From contig CAVZMH010000022.1 in assembly GCA_963776345.1 (NCBI GenBank), forward strand, positions 96,001-160,000: a DNA stretch of 64,000 nucleotides. The letters run 5' to 3'. The position numbers and the translations under genes are program-made. This DNA comes from an uncultured delta proteobacterium. GTDB lineage: Bacteria > Myxococcota > Myxococcia > Myxococcales > Myxococcaceae. Of the stretch, positions 1 through 10,147 are shown one piece after another; positions within the stretch are counted from its first letter, which is position 1, and every line of letters starts with the position of its first letter. The notes under the pieces are model-generated. The model ran no database searches and was not told the DNA's origin. It saw nothing but the letters and a program-made list of their open reading frames with translations.

Positions 1-472
1 AGACCGCGCCGACGATCTCTTCCCGGAAGGTCTCGCGCTTCTTGATCATCGAGCGCTGCTTCAGCTCCTTCCGGTCGTAGAGGTAGACCGCGCCGGACCT
101 GTTGGTCTGGCCCTGGATGAGCCGGTCGTCGAAGTCGATGCGGGTCGGGCCGCGCTGGGGAGGGGCGCCGGCGGCCGAGGCCGTCGCCGGCGCGGCGGGG
201 ATGGAGGTGGACGGCGCCATCGGGTCGAACCCGGCCTTCGCCGCCGACGTGGCGGAGGACTTCGCCGGCGTCGCCTTGGCGGTCGAGCTCTTCGAGGCGC
301 TGGTGCTCTTGCTCTTGCTGCTGCTCTTCGCTGCGCCGGACTTCGAGGTGGACTTCTTCGTCGACCGGCCGGTCTTCTTCGCAGTCGCGGCCGCGGCGGG
401 CGGAGGGAGCGCAGCAGGTCCCGCGAGCGTGGACACGAGCGCCACGACGCGGAGCGCGGTTCGAACTCGCAT
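1..472 (-). CDS. CglF/GltF-like secreted protein (gliding-complex paralog), runs off the window end
   Basis: Not in the ORF track. My translation from ATG 472: signal peptide MRVRTALRVVALVSTLAG, Lys/Ser/Ala-rich linker, then TRIDFDDRLIQGQTNRSGAVYLYDRKELKQRSMIKKRETFREEI, which resembles the CglF/GltF C-terminal motif. Confidence 0.7.
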   Translation of the reverse strand, partial: MRVRTALRVVALVSTLAGPAALPPPAAAATAKKTGRSTKKSTSKSGAAKSSSKSKSTSASKSSTAKATPAKSSATSAAKAGFDPMAPSTSIPAAPATASAAGAPPQRGPTRIDFDDRLIQGQTNRSGAVYLYDRKELKQRSMIKKRETFREEIVGAV

Positions 473-484
473 GGGTCGCCACCG

Positions 485-514
485 AGTAAATCGGACGCTG
501 TGGAGAGCTGTCAA
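485..514 (-). promoter_or_regulatory. Putative sigmaA promoter for the GltF-like gene
   Basis: TTGACA-N18-TTTACT on the minus strand, ending 12 nt upstream of ATG 472. Confidence 0.45.
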
Positions 515-537
515 CGCATCCATTGGCGCGGTTCCAC

Positions 538-552
538 TGACGAAATTCGTCA
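538..552. promoter_or_regulatory. Palindromic operator candidate TGACGAA-A-TTCGTCA
   Basis: Perfect 7-bp inverted repeat in an AT-richer intergenic region upstream of the promoter. Confidence 0.45.
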
Positions 553-589
553 ATCCCACCTGCGCCTCCTACACCCACAGCCGCTCACG

Positions 590-1099
590 TCAGGGAATCC
601 AGTCGCCGTAGCCGGCGTCGAGCGCCGTGCCGCGGAAGGTCCCCGACACGGCGCGTCCACTGCCGTAGGTCCCGTCGCTCACGAAGGAGGCGCTGAAGCT
701 TCCCGAGGTGTCGTCGCCCGGGTTCCCGCCCTGGTCGAGCGTGAACTCCCCGATCGACACCGGGGGGAGCGCCCGCGCCGGCTCGCCCGCCGCGTTGTGG
801 AGGAAGGTGGCCCGCAGAATCCCGCCGTCGGTGAATCCGGCGATGTTCACCGTCTGCCCCGTCTGGAGCGGGAGCTGGTCGAGCGAGAGGGTGAAGCGCA
901 GGACCAGGTCGATGTCCCGCCCCTTGTTCGCCTCGTAGCTCACCACCAGCGCCTCGTCGTTGCGGAGCACGTGCGCCGTCGAGACGTCCAGGGGGAACAC
1001 CTCGGAGAGGCTCCCGGTGAGCGAGTTCGCCCCCTGACCACAGGCGACGGCGGCCGCCACCACCGACCAGGTCAGCAGGACCAGCGCAGCGCGAGTCAT
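590..1099 (-). CDS. Hypothetical lipoprotein
   Basis: MTRAALVLLTWSVVAAAVAC lipobox; ATGA overlap with the upstream stop. Confidence 0.8.
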   Translation of the reverse strand: MTRAALVLLTWSVVAAAVACGQGANSLTGSLSEVFPLDVSTAHVLRNDEALVVSYEANKGRDIDLVLRFTLSLDQLPLQTGQTVNIAGFTDGGILRATFLHNAAGEPARALPPVSIGEFTLDQGGNPGDDTSGSFSASFVSDGTYGSGRAVSGTFRGTALDAGYGDWIP

Positions 1100-2572
1100 T
1101 GCTTCTCGACCGCGATCTGCACGATGCCGCTCGCCCCGTTGCGGTAGCCGATGATCCGCCGGTTGCCGAGGAAGACCATCCGGGTCTGGAACACCGGCCC
1201 GGTGTCCACCATCAGCTCGTGGTCGCTCCAGACCTGGCTCAGGCCCGCGGTTGGCCACCGCGAGGTAGTGGTCGTCGGTGCAGCTGCTCTCGTTGCGGTT
1301 GGGCTGCTTGGAGCAGATGTAGTACGCGACCGAGGGGTCTCCGTCTGGCGAGATGGCCACCGCGGCGTACCAGCCGCCGCTGCCGCGCTGGAACACCGGG
1401 TCCAGCGTGTCCCAGTTCCCGGGCTGGGTGCAGTCGCTGTTCGCCGCGCAGGCGGTGAAGAAGGCGCCGTTCACGCTGCGGTTGGTGACCGCCACCGCGT
1501 ATCCGAAGTTGTCCCGGTAGTCGATCGACGGACCGGCCTGGGTGTTGGGGACCGTGGAGGCGCCGTTGGCCCCGAGGATGCTCGGCGTGTCGAGGATGGT
1601 CAGCGGCTGGAAGGCGCCGCAGCTCTTCCAGCTCCCGTCCGCTTGCTGCTCGGAGAACTCGATGTCCTGACCGAAGGTGTCCGGCCCGCTGGGCGCACGG
1701 TCGGAGACCACCGCCGCGCCGCGCGGGCCGCTGCTCAGCGTCTTGGCGCCGTAGATGATGCGGCTGTGGCCGCCGTAGGCGCGCTTGCTGTCCCCGGACT
1801 GGAGCAGGGCCACCGGGGTCCAGGTGGTCGGCCCACCGGTGGCCATCTCCAGATCCGCCGAGTTCCAGTCACCGGTGCCGGCGGACTGGCCGAAGTGGCC
1901 GTCGCGGTAGGCGAGCACCGCGTTGTTCCCCTCGAAGATCAGCGCCGGATAGAAGCCGACGATCTTCCCGTTGTCGCTCGGCCCCGAGGGCGGGCTGGCA
2001 GCCGGGGGGCTGGAGTTCATGGCGGCGACCTGCTCGGCCCAGTTGCCGCCGATGCGGTAGGAGATCGCCGCGTCGTTCTGGAACCAGAAGGTCTCGGTGA
2101 AGTCCGGCGGGCCGCCGAGGTACGCCACCGCCGGGTCGCCGTTGGCCTGGTAGGCCACGCTCACCCCGAAGTAGCGCTGCACCGTCTGCACCCGCTGCGC
2201 GCCGAACCCCACGCCGCCGTCCACGTCGAACTCCTGGAACATGATGTCGTAGTCGACGATGCCGGCGTCGGGGAACATGGCGACCACCCCCGAGTCCTGG
2301 CGCGGGCTCTTCACCACGTAGGCGAAGCCCACCCTGGTGGTGCCGGGCTTGGCCACCATGTCGAAGGTGGGGACGGAAGGGTTGGCCACCTCGAAGGTGG
2401 TGCGGTCCACGATGTAGAGATCGAACTTGCCGCCGTCCGGCGCGCAGGCCTGGTTCGAGCCCCCGCACAGCAAGCTGTCGTTGTAGATCAGCTCCCCGAG
2501 CGTCTTGCCGCAGCCGGCGAACGCGAGCGCGACCATCGCGCCGATCGCCAGCGCCATCGATGTGGGACGCAT
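1096..2572 (-). CDS. Lipoprotein, probable beta-propeller (frameshift near 1245)
   Basis: MRPTSMALAIGAMVALAFAGC lipobox; repeated P-x-V-A-Y blade-like motifs; the C-terminus LSQVWSDHEL...IAVEKQ* is in another frame and is restored by removing one G. Confidence 0.75.
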
Positions 2573-2687
2573 CCCTGCCTTCACTTTCACCCCCAAGATC
2601 CGGGCTCGCATTCTACCCGAGCGACGCGAAGCGCCCACCCGCGCATCGCCTTGCGACGCGTCGATTCTTCGGGGGACACTCCCACCC

Positions 2688-3332
2688 ATGTCGGAGACAC
2701 TTCCACCCAGGTTGGACGACACCGAGCCGGAGGAGATCTCCCGGCGTCACTTCATCGAGCACGTCGGCTTCATGTCCGGCACCGCGCTGCTCTACGCCGC
2801 GTGCAAGCCGTCCGAGCAGAAGAATCCGCGTAAAGAAACAACCGTCGGCCCGGTGGTCGAGAGCTCGCACCGCTCGCTCACCAACGAGGAGTACGACGCG
2901 GTGGCGGCGGCGGTGGAGCGCATCTGTCCTCGCGACGAGGAGCCGGGGGCCATCGACCTCGGGGTGCCCGAGTACATCGACCGGGCGCTGTCCACGCCCA
3001 CGCTCGGCCACGTCCGCGACGAGTTCGTGCGCGGCACCGAGGCGCTGATGCGCCGGGCGCAGACCCGGCACCACCGGGCGTTCGCCGCGCTGGCCCCCGC
3101 CGAGCAGGACGCGCTGCTCACCGAGTTCAAGGACTCGCCCCCCGGGAGCGGCGAGGCGCACTACTGGACCGTGCTCATCGGGCTGACCATGGAGGGCCTG
3201 TTCGGAGATCCGGCGCACGGCGGGAACAGGGGCGGGCGCGGCTGGGAGCTGATCGGCTACGGCCAGGGCCGGCGCGGCTGTGCGGATCCGTCCGGCCACC
3301 ATCACCACGGCTGCCAGACCAGGAAGGGCTAG
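2688..3332 (+). CDS. Gluconate 2-dehydrogenase subunit 3 family protein, Tat lipoprotein
   Basis: SRRHFI twin-Arg motif, LYAAC lipobox, PGAIDLGVPEYID and EGLFGDPAHGGNRGGRGWELIGY family motifs. Confidence 0.85.
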   Translation: MSETLPPRLDDTEPEEISRRHFIEHVGFMSGTALLYAACKPSEQKNPRKETTVGPVVESSHRSLTNEEYDAVAAAVERICPRDEEPGAIDLGVPEYIDRALSTPTLGHVRDEFVRGTEALMRRAQTRHHRAFAALAPAEQDALLTEFKDSPPGSGEAHYWTVLIGLTMEGLFGDPAHGGNRGGRGWELIGYGQGRRGCADPSGHHHHGCQTRKG

Positions 3333-3337
3333 GCGGG

Positions 3338-4999
3338 ATGGCCTTCTCCGAGGTGGACGCGGTGGTGGTCGGCAGCGGTGCGGGCGGCGCGCCCATGGCG
3401 CTCCAGCTCGCGCGCGCGGGGTACAAGGTGGTGCTGCTGGAGAAGGGCCCCCGCTACACCGAGGCCGACTTCACGCACGACGAGATCTCGATCTCCCGGC
3501 GGAACTTCTTCATGCCCCTGCCGTGGGACGAGCCGCACCTCTGGCGGGTGGGGCAGTCCGGGAAGTACTCGCGGAGCAACCACGCCTGGACCGCCAACTG
3601 CGTCGGCGGCGGCACGGTGCACATGAGCGGGTTCTTCTACCGGCTGAAGCCGGTGGACTTCCGGATGAAGTCGATGCTCGGCGCGCCTCCGGGCTCGACG
3701 GTGGTGGACTGGCCCATCCGCTACGAGGATCTGCTCCCCTACTACGAGCAGGTGGAGGAGGAGATCGGCGTCTCGGGCCTGGTGACCGAGCACCCCTGGG
3801 CCGAGCCACGCCGCAAGCCGTACCCGCTGCCTCCGCTCGACGAGCACCCCATCGCCAAGGAGATCGACCGGGCGGGGAAGAAGATCGGCGTGCACCCGTA
3901 CCCCACCGCGCGCGCCATCAACAGCCGCCCGTACCGGCAGCGGGCGGGGTGCGCCTACTGCCCGCTGTGCGGCAGCTACGGCTGCGAGGTGGGCGCGAAG
4001 TCCAGCACCCACGCGGCGCTGATTCCCGAGGCGCTCGCCACCGGCAACGTCGAGCTCCGCACCCGGTGCATGGCCCGGAGCGTGGAGGTCTCGGCCGACG
4101 GGCGGGCGAAGAGCGTGGTGTACCTGGACGAGGCCGGCGTGCTGCAGGAACAGCCGGCGCGGATCGTCGTCGTCTCCTGCACCGCGGTGGAGAGCGCGCG
4201 CCTGCTCCTCAACTCGCGCTCGGCGCGCTGGCCGAACGGGCTGGCCAACGACAGCGGGCTGGTGGGGAAGAACCTGACGTTCAGCGGATTCGGGAGGTCC
4301 AGGGCCTCGTTCCGCATCTCCAAGCGCAAGCAGAGCTGGCCCTGGCTGGACGATCCGGCGCCCTTCGTCCAGCGCAGCCTCTCGGACCACTACGTGCTCC
4401 CCGCCTCGGCGAAGCTGGGGAGCAGGAAGGGCGGGGCGATCGGCTTCCTCTGGGAGCACCCCGCGCCGATCAGCGCCGGCATCGTGCTGGCCCAGGGCGC
4501 CAAGGGGGTCTTCGGCAAGGAGCTCAAGGACCGCTTCCGCGTCTTTCGCGACAGCAAGGTGCTGCAGTTCGAGACCTACGCCGAGTGGTTGCCCACGCCG
4601 GGCACGTCGGTCACCGTGGAGAGCTCGGTGCTCGACCGCTACGGGCTCCCGGTGGCGGCGATCACCATCGACCGTCACCCCGCGGACCTGCCGGTGACCC
4701 GCTACCTCATCGACCGTGGCGAGGAAGTTCTCAAGGCGATGGAGCCGGACGCGGTGTGGCGGGTGACCGAGGCGGGCGAGACCACCATCCTCCAGCACGG
4801 CACCTGCCGCTTCGGCAACGACCCGGCGACCAGCGTCCTGGACCGGGACTGCCGGGCCCACACCGTCCCCAACCTCTACGTGGTGGACGGCAGCTTCATG
4901 CCCACCAGCGGCGGCAACCCCAACACCCTCACCATCATGGCCAACGCCTACCGCGTGGCGGACCGGCTGGTGCAGCGGGTGAAATCAGGAAAGATCTAG
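3338..4999 (+). CDS. GMC family FAD oxidoreductase (dehydrogenase large subunit)
   Basis: VVVGSGAGG, CVGGGTVH, CAYCPLCGSYGC (3Fe-4S type) and NLYVVDGSFMPTSGGNPNTLTIMANA motifs. Confidence 0.9.
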   Translation: MAFSEVDAVVVGSGAGGAPMALQLARAGYKVVLLEKGPRYTEADFTHDEISISRRNFFMPLPWDEPHLWRVGQSGKYSRSNHAWTANCVGGGTVHMSGFFYRLKPVDFRMKSMLGAPPGSTVVDWPIRYEDLLPYYEQVEEEIGVSGLVTEHPWAEPRRKPYPLPPLDEHPIAKEIDRAGKKIGVHPYPTARAINSRPYRQRAGCAYCPLCGSYGCEVGAKSSTHAALIPEALATGNVELRTRCMARSVEVSADGRAKSVVYLDEAGVLQEQPARIVVVSCTAVESARLLLNSRSARWPNGLANDSGLVGKNLTFSGFGRSRASFRISKRKQSWPWLDDPAPFVQRSLSDHYVLPASAKLGSRKGGAIGFLWEHPAPISAGIVLAQGAKGVFGKELKDRFRVFRDSKVLQFETYAEWLPTPGTSVTVESSVLDRYGLPVAAITIDRHPADLPVTRYLIDRGEEVLKAMEPDAVWRVTEAGETTILQHGTCRFGNDPATSVLDRDCRAHTVPNLYVVDGSFMPTSGGNPNTLTIMANAYRVADRLVQRVKSGKI

Positions 5000-5505
5000 A
5001 AAACTGCGGGGATGACCTCGATCTTCATGAGGTAGGTCGCCTCGAGGTCGCTCTTGAACGAGATGAGGTGCTCGTCCTGGTCGAGCAGGTTCTCGCTCCG
5101 CTCGAAGACGCCGGTGGAGTTCGACTCGGCGGCCACGGTCTTCCCGTCCACGTCCGCGCGGATGCTGGCCTTGCACCCGGTCTCGTACCAGACGATGGAG
5201 GTCAGGGTGCCCACCGCGGTGATGTCGTCGAAGTAGAAGCTGACCTTCACCTCGCTGGGCTCGTCGAGGCGGACGATGATCTTCCCCTGTCCGGGGAAGC
5301 GGCCCTCGATGTAGCTCTCGTTCCCGATGAAGCAGCTCGCGGTCTGGTTGCAGACCGGCCAGCTCCCGTTGCAGCTGTCCTTCACCCGCGCACCGATGAA
5401 GTCGTCGCGACCGCTGCTACACCCACAAAGCCACACCAGCACCAGCGTCGCGAACGCGGCTGGTCGCTGGAAGGGCCTCGGCGGGATCGGTAGACTTCTC
5501 TTCAT
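4996..5505 (-). CDS. Hypothetical lipoprotein
   Basis: LVLVWLCGC lipobox, Cys-containing mature region, coding-like composition; start uncertain. Confidence 0.75.
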   Translation of the reverse strand: MKRSLPIPPRPFQRPAAFATLVLVWLCGCSSGRDDFIGARVKDSCNGSWPVCNQTASCFIGNESYIEGRFPGQGKIIVRLDEPSEVKVSFYFDDITAVGTLTSIVWYETGCKASIRADVDGKTVAAESNSTGVFERSENLLDQDEHLISFKSDLEATYLMKIEVIPAVF

Positions 5506-5956
5506 GATCAAGCGCGTTCTCGTCTCGTGTGCGGTGCTGCTCGGCGCCGCAGGTGTTGCTTGCGGTGGTAGCTCCGGCACCGCGGACCTTCCGGTGAAGC
5601 CGCAGATCGTCACCGACCGCGATTCTATCGTGGACCAGACCATCTACGCAGGCCAGCAGCACAACCAGACCCTGCAGGTCACCAACAAGGGTCAGCAGGA
5701 CCTGGTGGTGAGTACATATGCGCTCCAGGCCGACCCGGGCTGGACGCTGACCAACACCACGCTGATCCAGGCGTCCGACGGGTCGCTGAACAACACCGTG
5801 AAGTCCAACCAGACGGCGTTCATCCAAATGACCTGCAAGCCCACCTCCACGGGCCAGACCATCAACGGGACGCTGACCATCAACTCCAACGCCGAGAACA
5901 AGCCCGCCAAGACGGTGACCGTGAGCTGCGGCCCGGCCGTCGCTCCTCCTCCTTGA
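5504..5956 (+). CDS. Lipoprotein with Ig-like (choice-of-anchor D/ASH-like) domain
   Basis: MIKRVLVSCAVLLGAAGVAC lipobox; VTNKGQQDLVV and GTLTINSNA Ig-like motifs; TAGACT-N7-ATG leaderless signature. Confidence 0.8.
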   Translation: MIKRVLVSCAVLLGAAGVACGGSSGTADLPVKPQIVTDRDSIVDQTIYAGQQHNQTLQVTNKGQQDLVVSTYALQADPGWTLTNTTLIQASDGSLNNTVKSNQTAFIQMTCKPTSTGQTINGTLTINSNAENKPAKTVTVSCGPAVAPPP

Positions 5957-5962
5957 TGTTTT

Positions 5963-5993
5963 CCGGGCGGGCGGGCTCTCCTGCCCGCCCCGG
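5963..5993. terminator. GC-rich hairpin between convergent genes
   Basis: GGGCGGGCGGG-CTCT-CCTGCCCGCCC stem-loop; U tract weak. Confidence 0.45.
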
Positions 5994-6001
5994 CTTCTCC
6001 G

Positions 6002-8303
6002 TCAGTTCCTGGTGAAATTGCAGGGCGTGGGGCAGCTCACCGTCGCTCCACCCTGCGCGGTGAAGGTGTACGGGTACGCCCCGAACCCGGTCTCCACCGT
6101 GTACGGGACGTTGGTCACCCAGGACGTCCGGTTGATGGGGAAGACGGAGACGAACATCTTCGCCGTGCCCGAGGCGGGGACCAGGCGCTGCTCGAGGCAC
6201 CCGCAGGCGTAATCGCGCAGGACGGTGAGCACGTTCCCGGTCGGCATCGTTCCGGAGTACGAGCGGTCGTACGCGGGCTCGAGCGGGGTCGCCGTCCCGC
6301 CGAAGTTCCACCACGAGGTCACCGGCCGCGGTCTCGTAGATGAGCCCGAGCTGGCTGCCGCCGGTCTGGGTCCGGGTCTGGACGCTGGCGCAGTCGACGC
6401 CGCCGTCCGGGACGCAGAAGCCCAGATGGATGCCCAGGTCGTACGGCGCGCCGGTCAGCGTGGCGGAGGGGATGCGCCACTGGAAGAAGAGCCGGGCGTC
6501 GGCCACCGCCCCCACCGGGACGTCGACCGCGAAGGTGTCCACGTCGTCGCCGCGACCGTCGTAGTCCTTCACGTCGGTGATCGGCGCGATGCCGAGGCTG
6601 GTGTCGGTGGCGCCGATGCCGTAGCTCAGGTACCCGGTCAGCGGAGTGCTGCCCGCGCCCGACGCCATGGTGGCCGGCCGCTGCGGATCCGGCACCGCCT
6701 CCGCGCCGTCGGGCTCGCCCAGCCAGTTGACGGTGATGGTGTAGTCGGTGTCGTCCGCCCAGTTGTTCCCGTCGTCCTCGAACTTGAAGAAGTAGTCGGT
6801 GTTCGCCACGTTGGGAGGAACCTGGAGCACCGCCTCGAAGTTGGCCAGGTTCGGGAACTTGGGCGAGGGGTCGTAGTTCTCGTACCGCGCCGACTGGAGG
6901 CACTGCGGCGTCTGGGCCTGACAGAGGTTGGTGGCGATGGGGTAGTTGTAGTTGGCCTGGGCCGCGCTGATGATGCACACCCCGGCGTCCCCCGCGGCGC
7001 AGGCGCTCTGCGCGCCCGCCGGCACCTCGGTGGTCACGGTGAGCAGCCGGTCCTTCTTGCCCGGCACCGGCGGGAACCGCGCCGGCGCAGTGGACGGGGT
7101 CACGGTGTAGTGCAGGAGCGTGGGCCCGGCCGTCGCCCCCACCAGGCGCACCCGGTAGTAGTCCGGGTCGGGCACGAAGCTGATCCGGCCGGTGATGGTG
7201 CCCGAGGAGCCCGGCCCGTTCAGCGCGAGGTCGGGTGAGGCCTTGGCCTTGGCGTCGGCGATGGTGTTGTTCGGCTCGGACGGATCTTGAAGGGGGACGA
7301 TGATGACCTCGACCTTGTACTTGAAGTTGAGATCTCCCGGCGGGATGACCGTCTGATTGTTCGGGTCGATGTAGGCCCGGACCTCGAGGGTGTACGTGCC
7401 GGTGCTCTGAAGCAGCCGCGCGGTGCCGATCTGCACCAGCGCCTGGCTCACCGTCGACCCGGCCGAGGACGAATCGGTGGCCACCACCGTCCCCCCGGGA
7501 TCGCGGAGGAAGTATTCCAGCCGGTAGCGGTGCGGGGGCGGCGAGGGGAACGCCGGGTCCTGCCCCACGCGGATCCACATCACCGAGTTCGGGTTGGGCG
7601 AGGCGATGGAGTAGTAGTCCATGTCCCCAGGCGTGGAGAGGAACCCGCCGTTGGTGCCGCCCACCCCGCCCGTGACCGGGCTCAAGGTGACGGGCGTGGC
7701 GGTGGCCGGGGTGTCGTTGGACTCGTTCGAGTCGGGATCGGTGACCACCTCGACCTTGATGCTGTACGGCGCGAGGTTGTCGTAGTCGATGCCGTTGTCG
7801 TCCTGCACCAGGATGTACAGGTCGTTGCTGGCCTTGGTGTAGCGGAAGGTCAGGTCGAGCATGGTGGGCGGGTTGGAGCCGTGCTGGTCCACCCCGGAGA
7901 CGATGCTGCTCGACACCGCGCCGTTGACCGAGTCGAGGACGTTGATCTGGAAGTTGACCGCGGTGTTGAAGCTGCCCGCGTCCTGTCCTGCCCCCGGCTT
8001 GTAGCCGGCGACGACGTGGACGATGGCCCGCGGGGGCAGCGCGCCCACGTTGACCACCCACCAGTCCTTGTCGCCCCGCTGCTGGATGTACTCCTGCGTC
8101 TCCTGCCCGAGCGTCAGCCGGCACTCGGCGTTCGCCGCCGCGTCCTGCGCGGTGTTGCAGTTGAGATCGGGGTGGGTGATCACCTGGGCGGGCAGCTCGC
8201 CCACCTCACCCTTGAAGCAGCCGGCGGCCAGCGCCGCCAGGAGCAGTCCACCCAGGAAGCTCGGAGCCCGGTGTGTCCGGGCGCCGGGAACGGCTCGGCT
8301 CAT
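6002..8303 (-). CDS. mtsF: MtsF-like cell-cohesion lipoprotein (frameshift near 6323)
   Basis: LAAGC lipobox; repeated E-P/S-N-D/N-T and D-x-D-Y/W-Y/W (PPC-like) modules; last gene of an mts-type cluster; the C-terminal 106 aa are in a second frame. Confidence 0.65.
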
Positions 8304-8335
8304 CGATCCTCCTCGGAGCCCGGGCAACGGACGGC

Positions 8336-10147
8336 TCAGGGGCCTGCGTCGGGCAGGCCGCCGTCCACCGCCGGCGGGGCGTAGCAGGTGGGAATGAAGT
8401 CGGTCGGCTCGACGCGGATGACGCCGTCCACCGTCTCCTTGATGCCTCCCACCGGGTAGCGCGCGGCGCGGGTGCGGAAGGTGCGGAGGATGGTGCGGCC
8501 GGCCGGGTCGTCCGCCGGGAGCATGGCGATGGAGATCTGGATCTCGTTGATGCCCGCACCGTAGCCGATGCCCCCGTCGGGGAAGAGATAGCCGCCGTCG
8601 GCGCGGAAGAGCTGGCCGCCGTCGGGCAGCCACACGCCGCCGTCGGGCCGGTAGTCGAGCGTCGGGGCCAGCGTCACGTTCTCCACCCGGAAGCGGTAGC
8701 ACTGCCGTCCCTGCTCGTCGACCGGACCGTCCTCCTCCAGCACGTAGCGGTACCCGTTGACCCCCAGGGTCGCGGTGTCGGAGAGGAGCGGGTTGGTGTG
8801 GAGCCGCAGCTCGTTGCGGTTGGAGAGCCCGTCGTTGTCCGGGTCCTCGTCCAGGTCCTGGGCCGAGGGCTGGGTCCCCAGCTGCCACTCGATGCTGTCC
8901 GGAATGCCGTCGTTGTCCGAGTCGATCAGCGTGGAGTTGGTGCCGATGATCTGCTCGTCGCAGTCGGTGATCCCGTCGCAGTCGCTGTCCACCCCGCGCA
9001 GCGCGGGCGGGCAGCCGGGATCGAGCCCGCCGCCGTCGGGGAGCATGAAGCCCAGCGGGTTGAAGCTCGCGCCCAGCTTGGAGAAGTGGACCTCGACCCC
9101 GTCGCTGAACCCGTCGCCGTCGGTGTCCGGGTTGTTGGGGTCGGTGCCCAGGGCCAGCTCCTCGTCGTCGGTCAGGCCGTCGCGGTCGCTGTCGCCGGCG
9201 TCCGGTGGCGAGTCGGCCGGGGCGGACATGTCGGAGGCCACGAATTCCTTGAGGACGTACGCCCGCCGCGTCTGGCCGATGTTGAAGTTGAGGAAGTTGA
9301 CCGCCTCGTTGTTCCGGAAGTCGCGGAAGTTGCCGCCGCCGAGGGTGGCCATCTTCTCCAGGCGCTCGGCGTCCTGGTTGATGATCAGCAAGGGACAGCC
9401 CGCGTCGCCGGTCACGTCGCAGATGCTGGACACCGGCTGCACCGGAGCGAAGACGTGGACGGTGTTGAAGATGACGTCGTCCACCAGGATCCGGAGCTGG
9501 CGGATGCGCTTGACCGCGTCACCCTGGAAGAGCTCGTCGTCCTGGTTGAAGGTGGGGTGGCCGTCCGAGAGGAAGATGACGATGTAGCGGGGTCGGGCGT
9601 CGGTCTGGGCGCCCACCGCGGCGTTGCGGTTGGCGGTGATGTCGGTGCTCAGGACCGCGTAGATCTCCGACAGCGCCTTGATGAAGTCGGTCGAGTCCCG
9701 GTTGGCGTTGGGGTTCGTGAAGTTGAGGATCTGGTCCTCGAGCGTGGTGAAGTCCGCCGGGGTGTAGGAGAGCAGCGGCTCGAACTCGGCCAGCCCGCTC
9801 TTGGTGAGGAAGGCGGTGGTGCTCCCGGCGAAGAGCATCACGCTGAAGTCGATGTTCGGATCGCGGGGCAGCGAGTTGAGCAGCTGGACCACCGCGAAGG
9901 CCCGGGTGCCGTTCGGGTCGCTCACCCGCATCGACTGCGAGGCGTCGAAGGCGAAGAGGATCTTGATCGGCCGGACCACGTCGTTGGTCCCCAGGGTGCA
10001 GAAGCGCCCCTCGAGGGTGAGGGTCCGGTCCGTCGGCAGCTGGTCCCGCCGCCGTTCGTCGTAGAGGTAACTTTGCGTGCAGGCGATCCCCAGGCCGAGC
10101 ATCCCCGCCAGGGCCGCGGCGAGCAGCCGCGCCCGGTGCGTCGTCAC
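8336..10147 (-). CDS. VWA + Ca-binding DxDxDG repeat lipoprotein (MtsE by position)
   Basis: GIAC lipobox, MIDAS DASQS, FLSDG, several DSDxDG repeats; GTGA overlap with the upstream gene. Confidence 0.8.
   Translation of the reverse strand: MTTHRARLLAAALAGMLGLGIACTQSYLYDERRRDQLPTDRTLTLEGRFCTLGTNDVVRPIKILFAFDASQSMRVSDPNGTRAFAVVQLLNSLPRDPNIDFSVMLFAGSTTAFLTKSGLAEFEPLLSYTPADFTTLEDQILNFTNPNANRDSTDFIKALSEIYAVLSTDITANRNAAVGAQTDARPRYIVIFLSDGHPTFNQDDELFQGDAVKRIRQLRILVDDVIFNTVHVFAPVQPVSSICDVTGDAGCPLLIINQDAERLEKMATLGGGNFRDFRNNEAVNFLNFNIGQTRRAYVLKEFVASDMSAPADSPPDAGDSDRDGLTDDEELALGTDPNNPDTDGDGFSDGVEVHFSKLGASFNPLGFMLPDGGGLDPGCPPALRGVDSDCDGITDCDEQIIGTNSTLIDSDNDGIPDSIEWQLGTQPSAQDLDEDPDNDGLSNRNELRLHTNPLLSDTATLGVNGYRYVLEEDGPVDEQGRQCYRFRVENVTLAPTLDYRPDGGVWLPDGGQLFRADGGYLFPDGGIGYGAGINEIQISIAMLPADDPAGRTILRTFRTRAARYPVGGIKETVDGVIRVEPTDFIPTCYAPPAVDGGLPDAGP

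Noticed and set aside
590..2722. 710 aa ORF as one protein
   Set aside because: Two lipoproteins joined by the frameshift near 1245; each has its own lipobox and they meet at an ATGA junction
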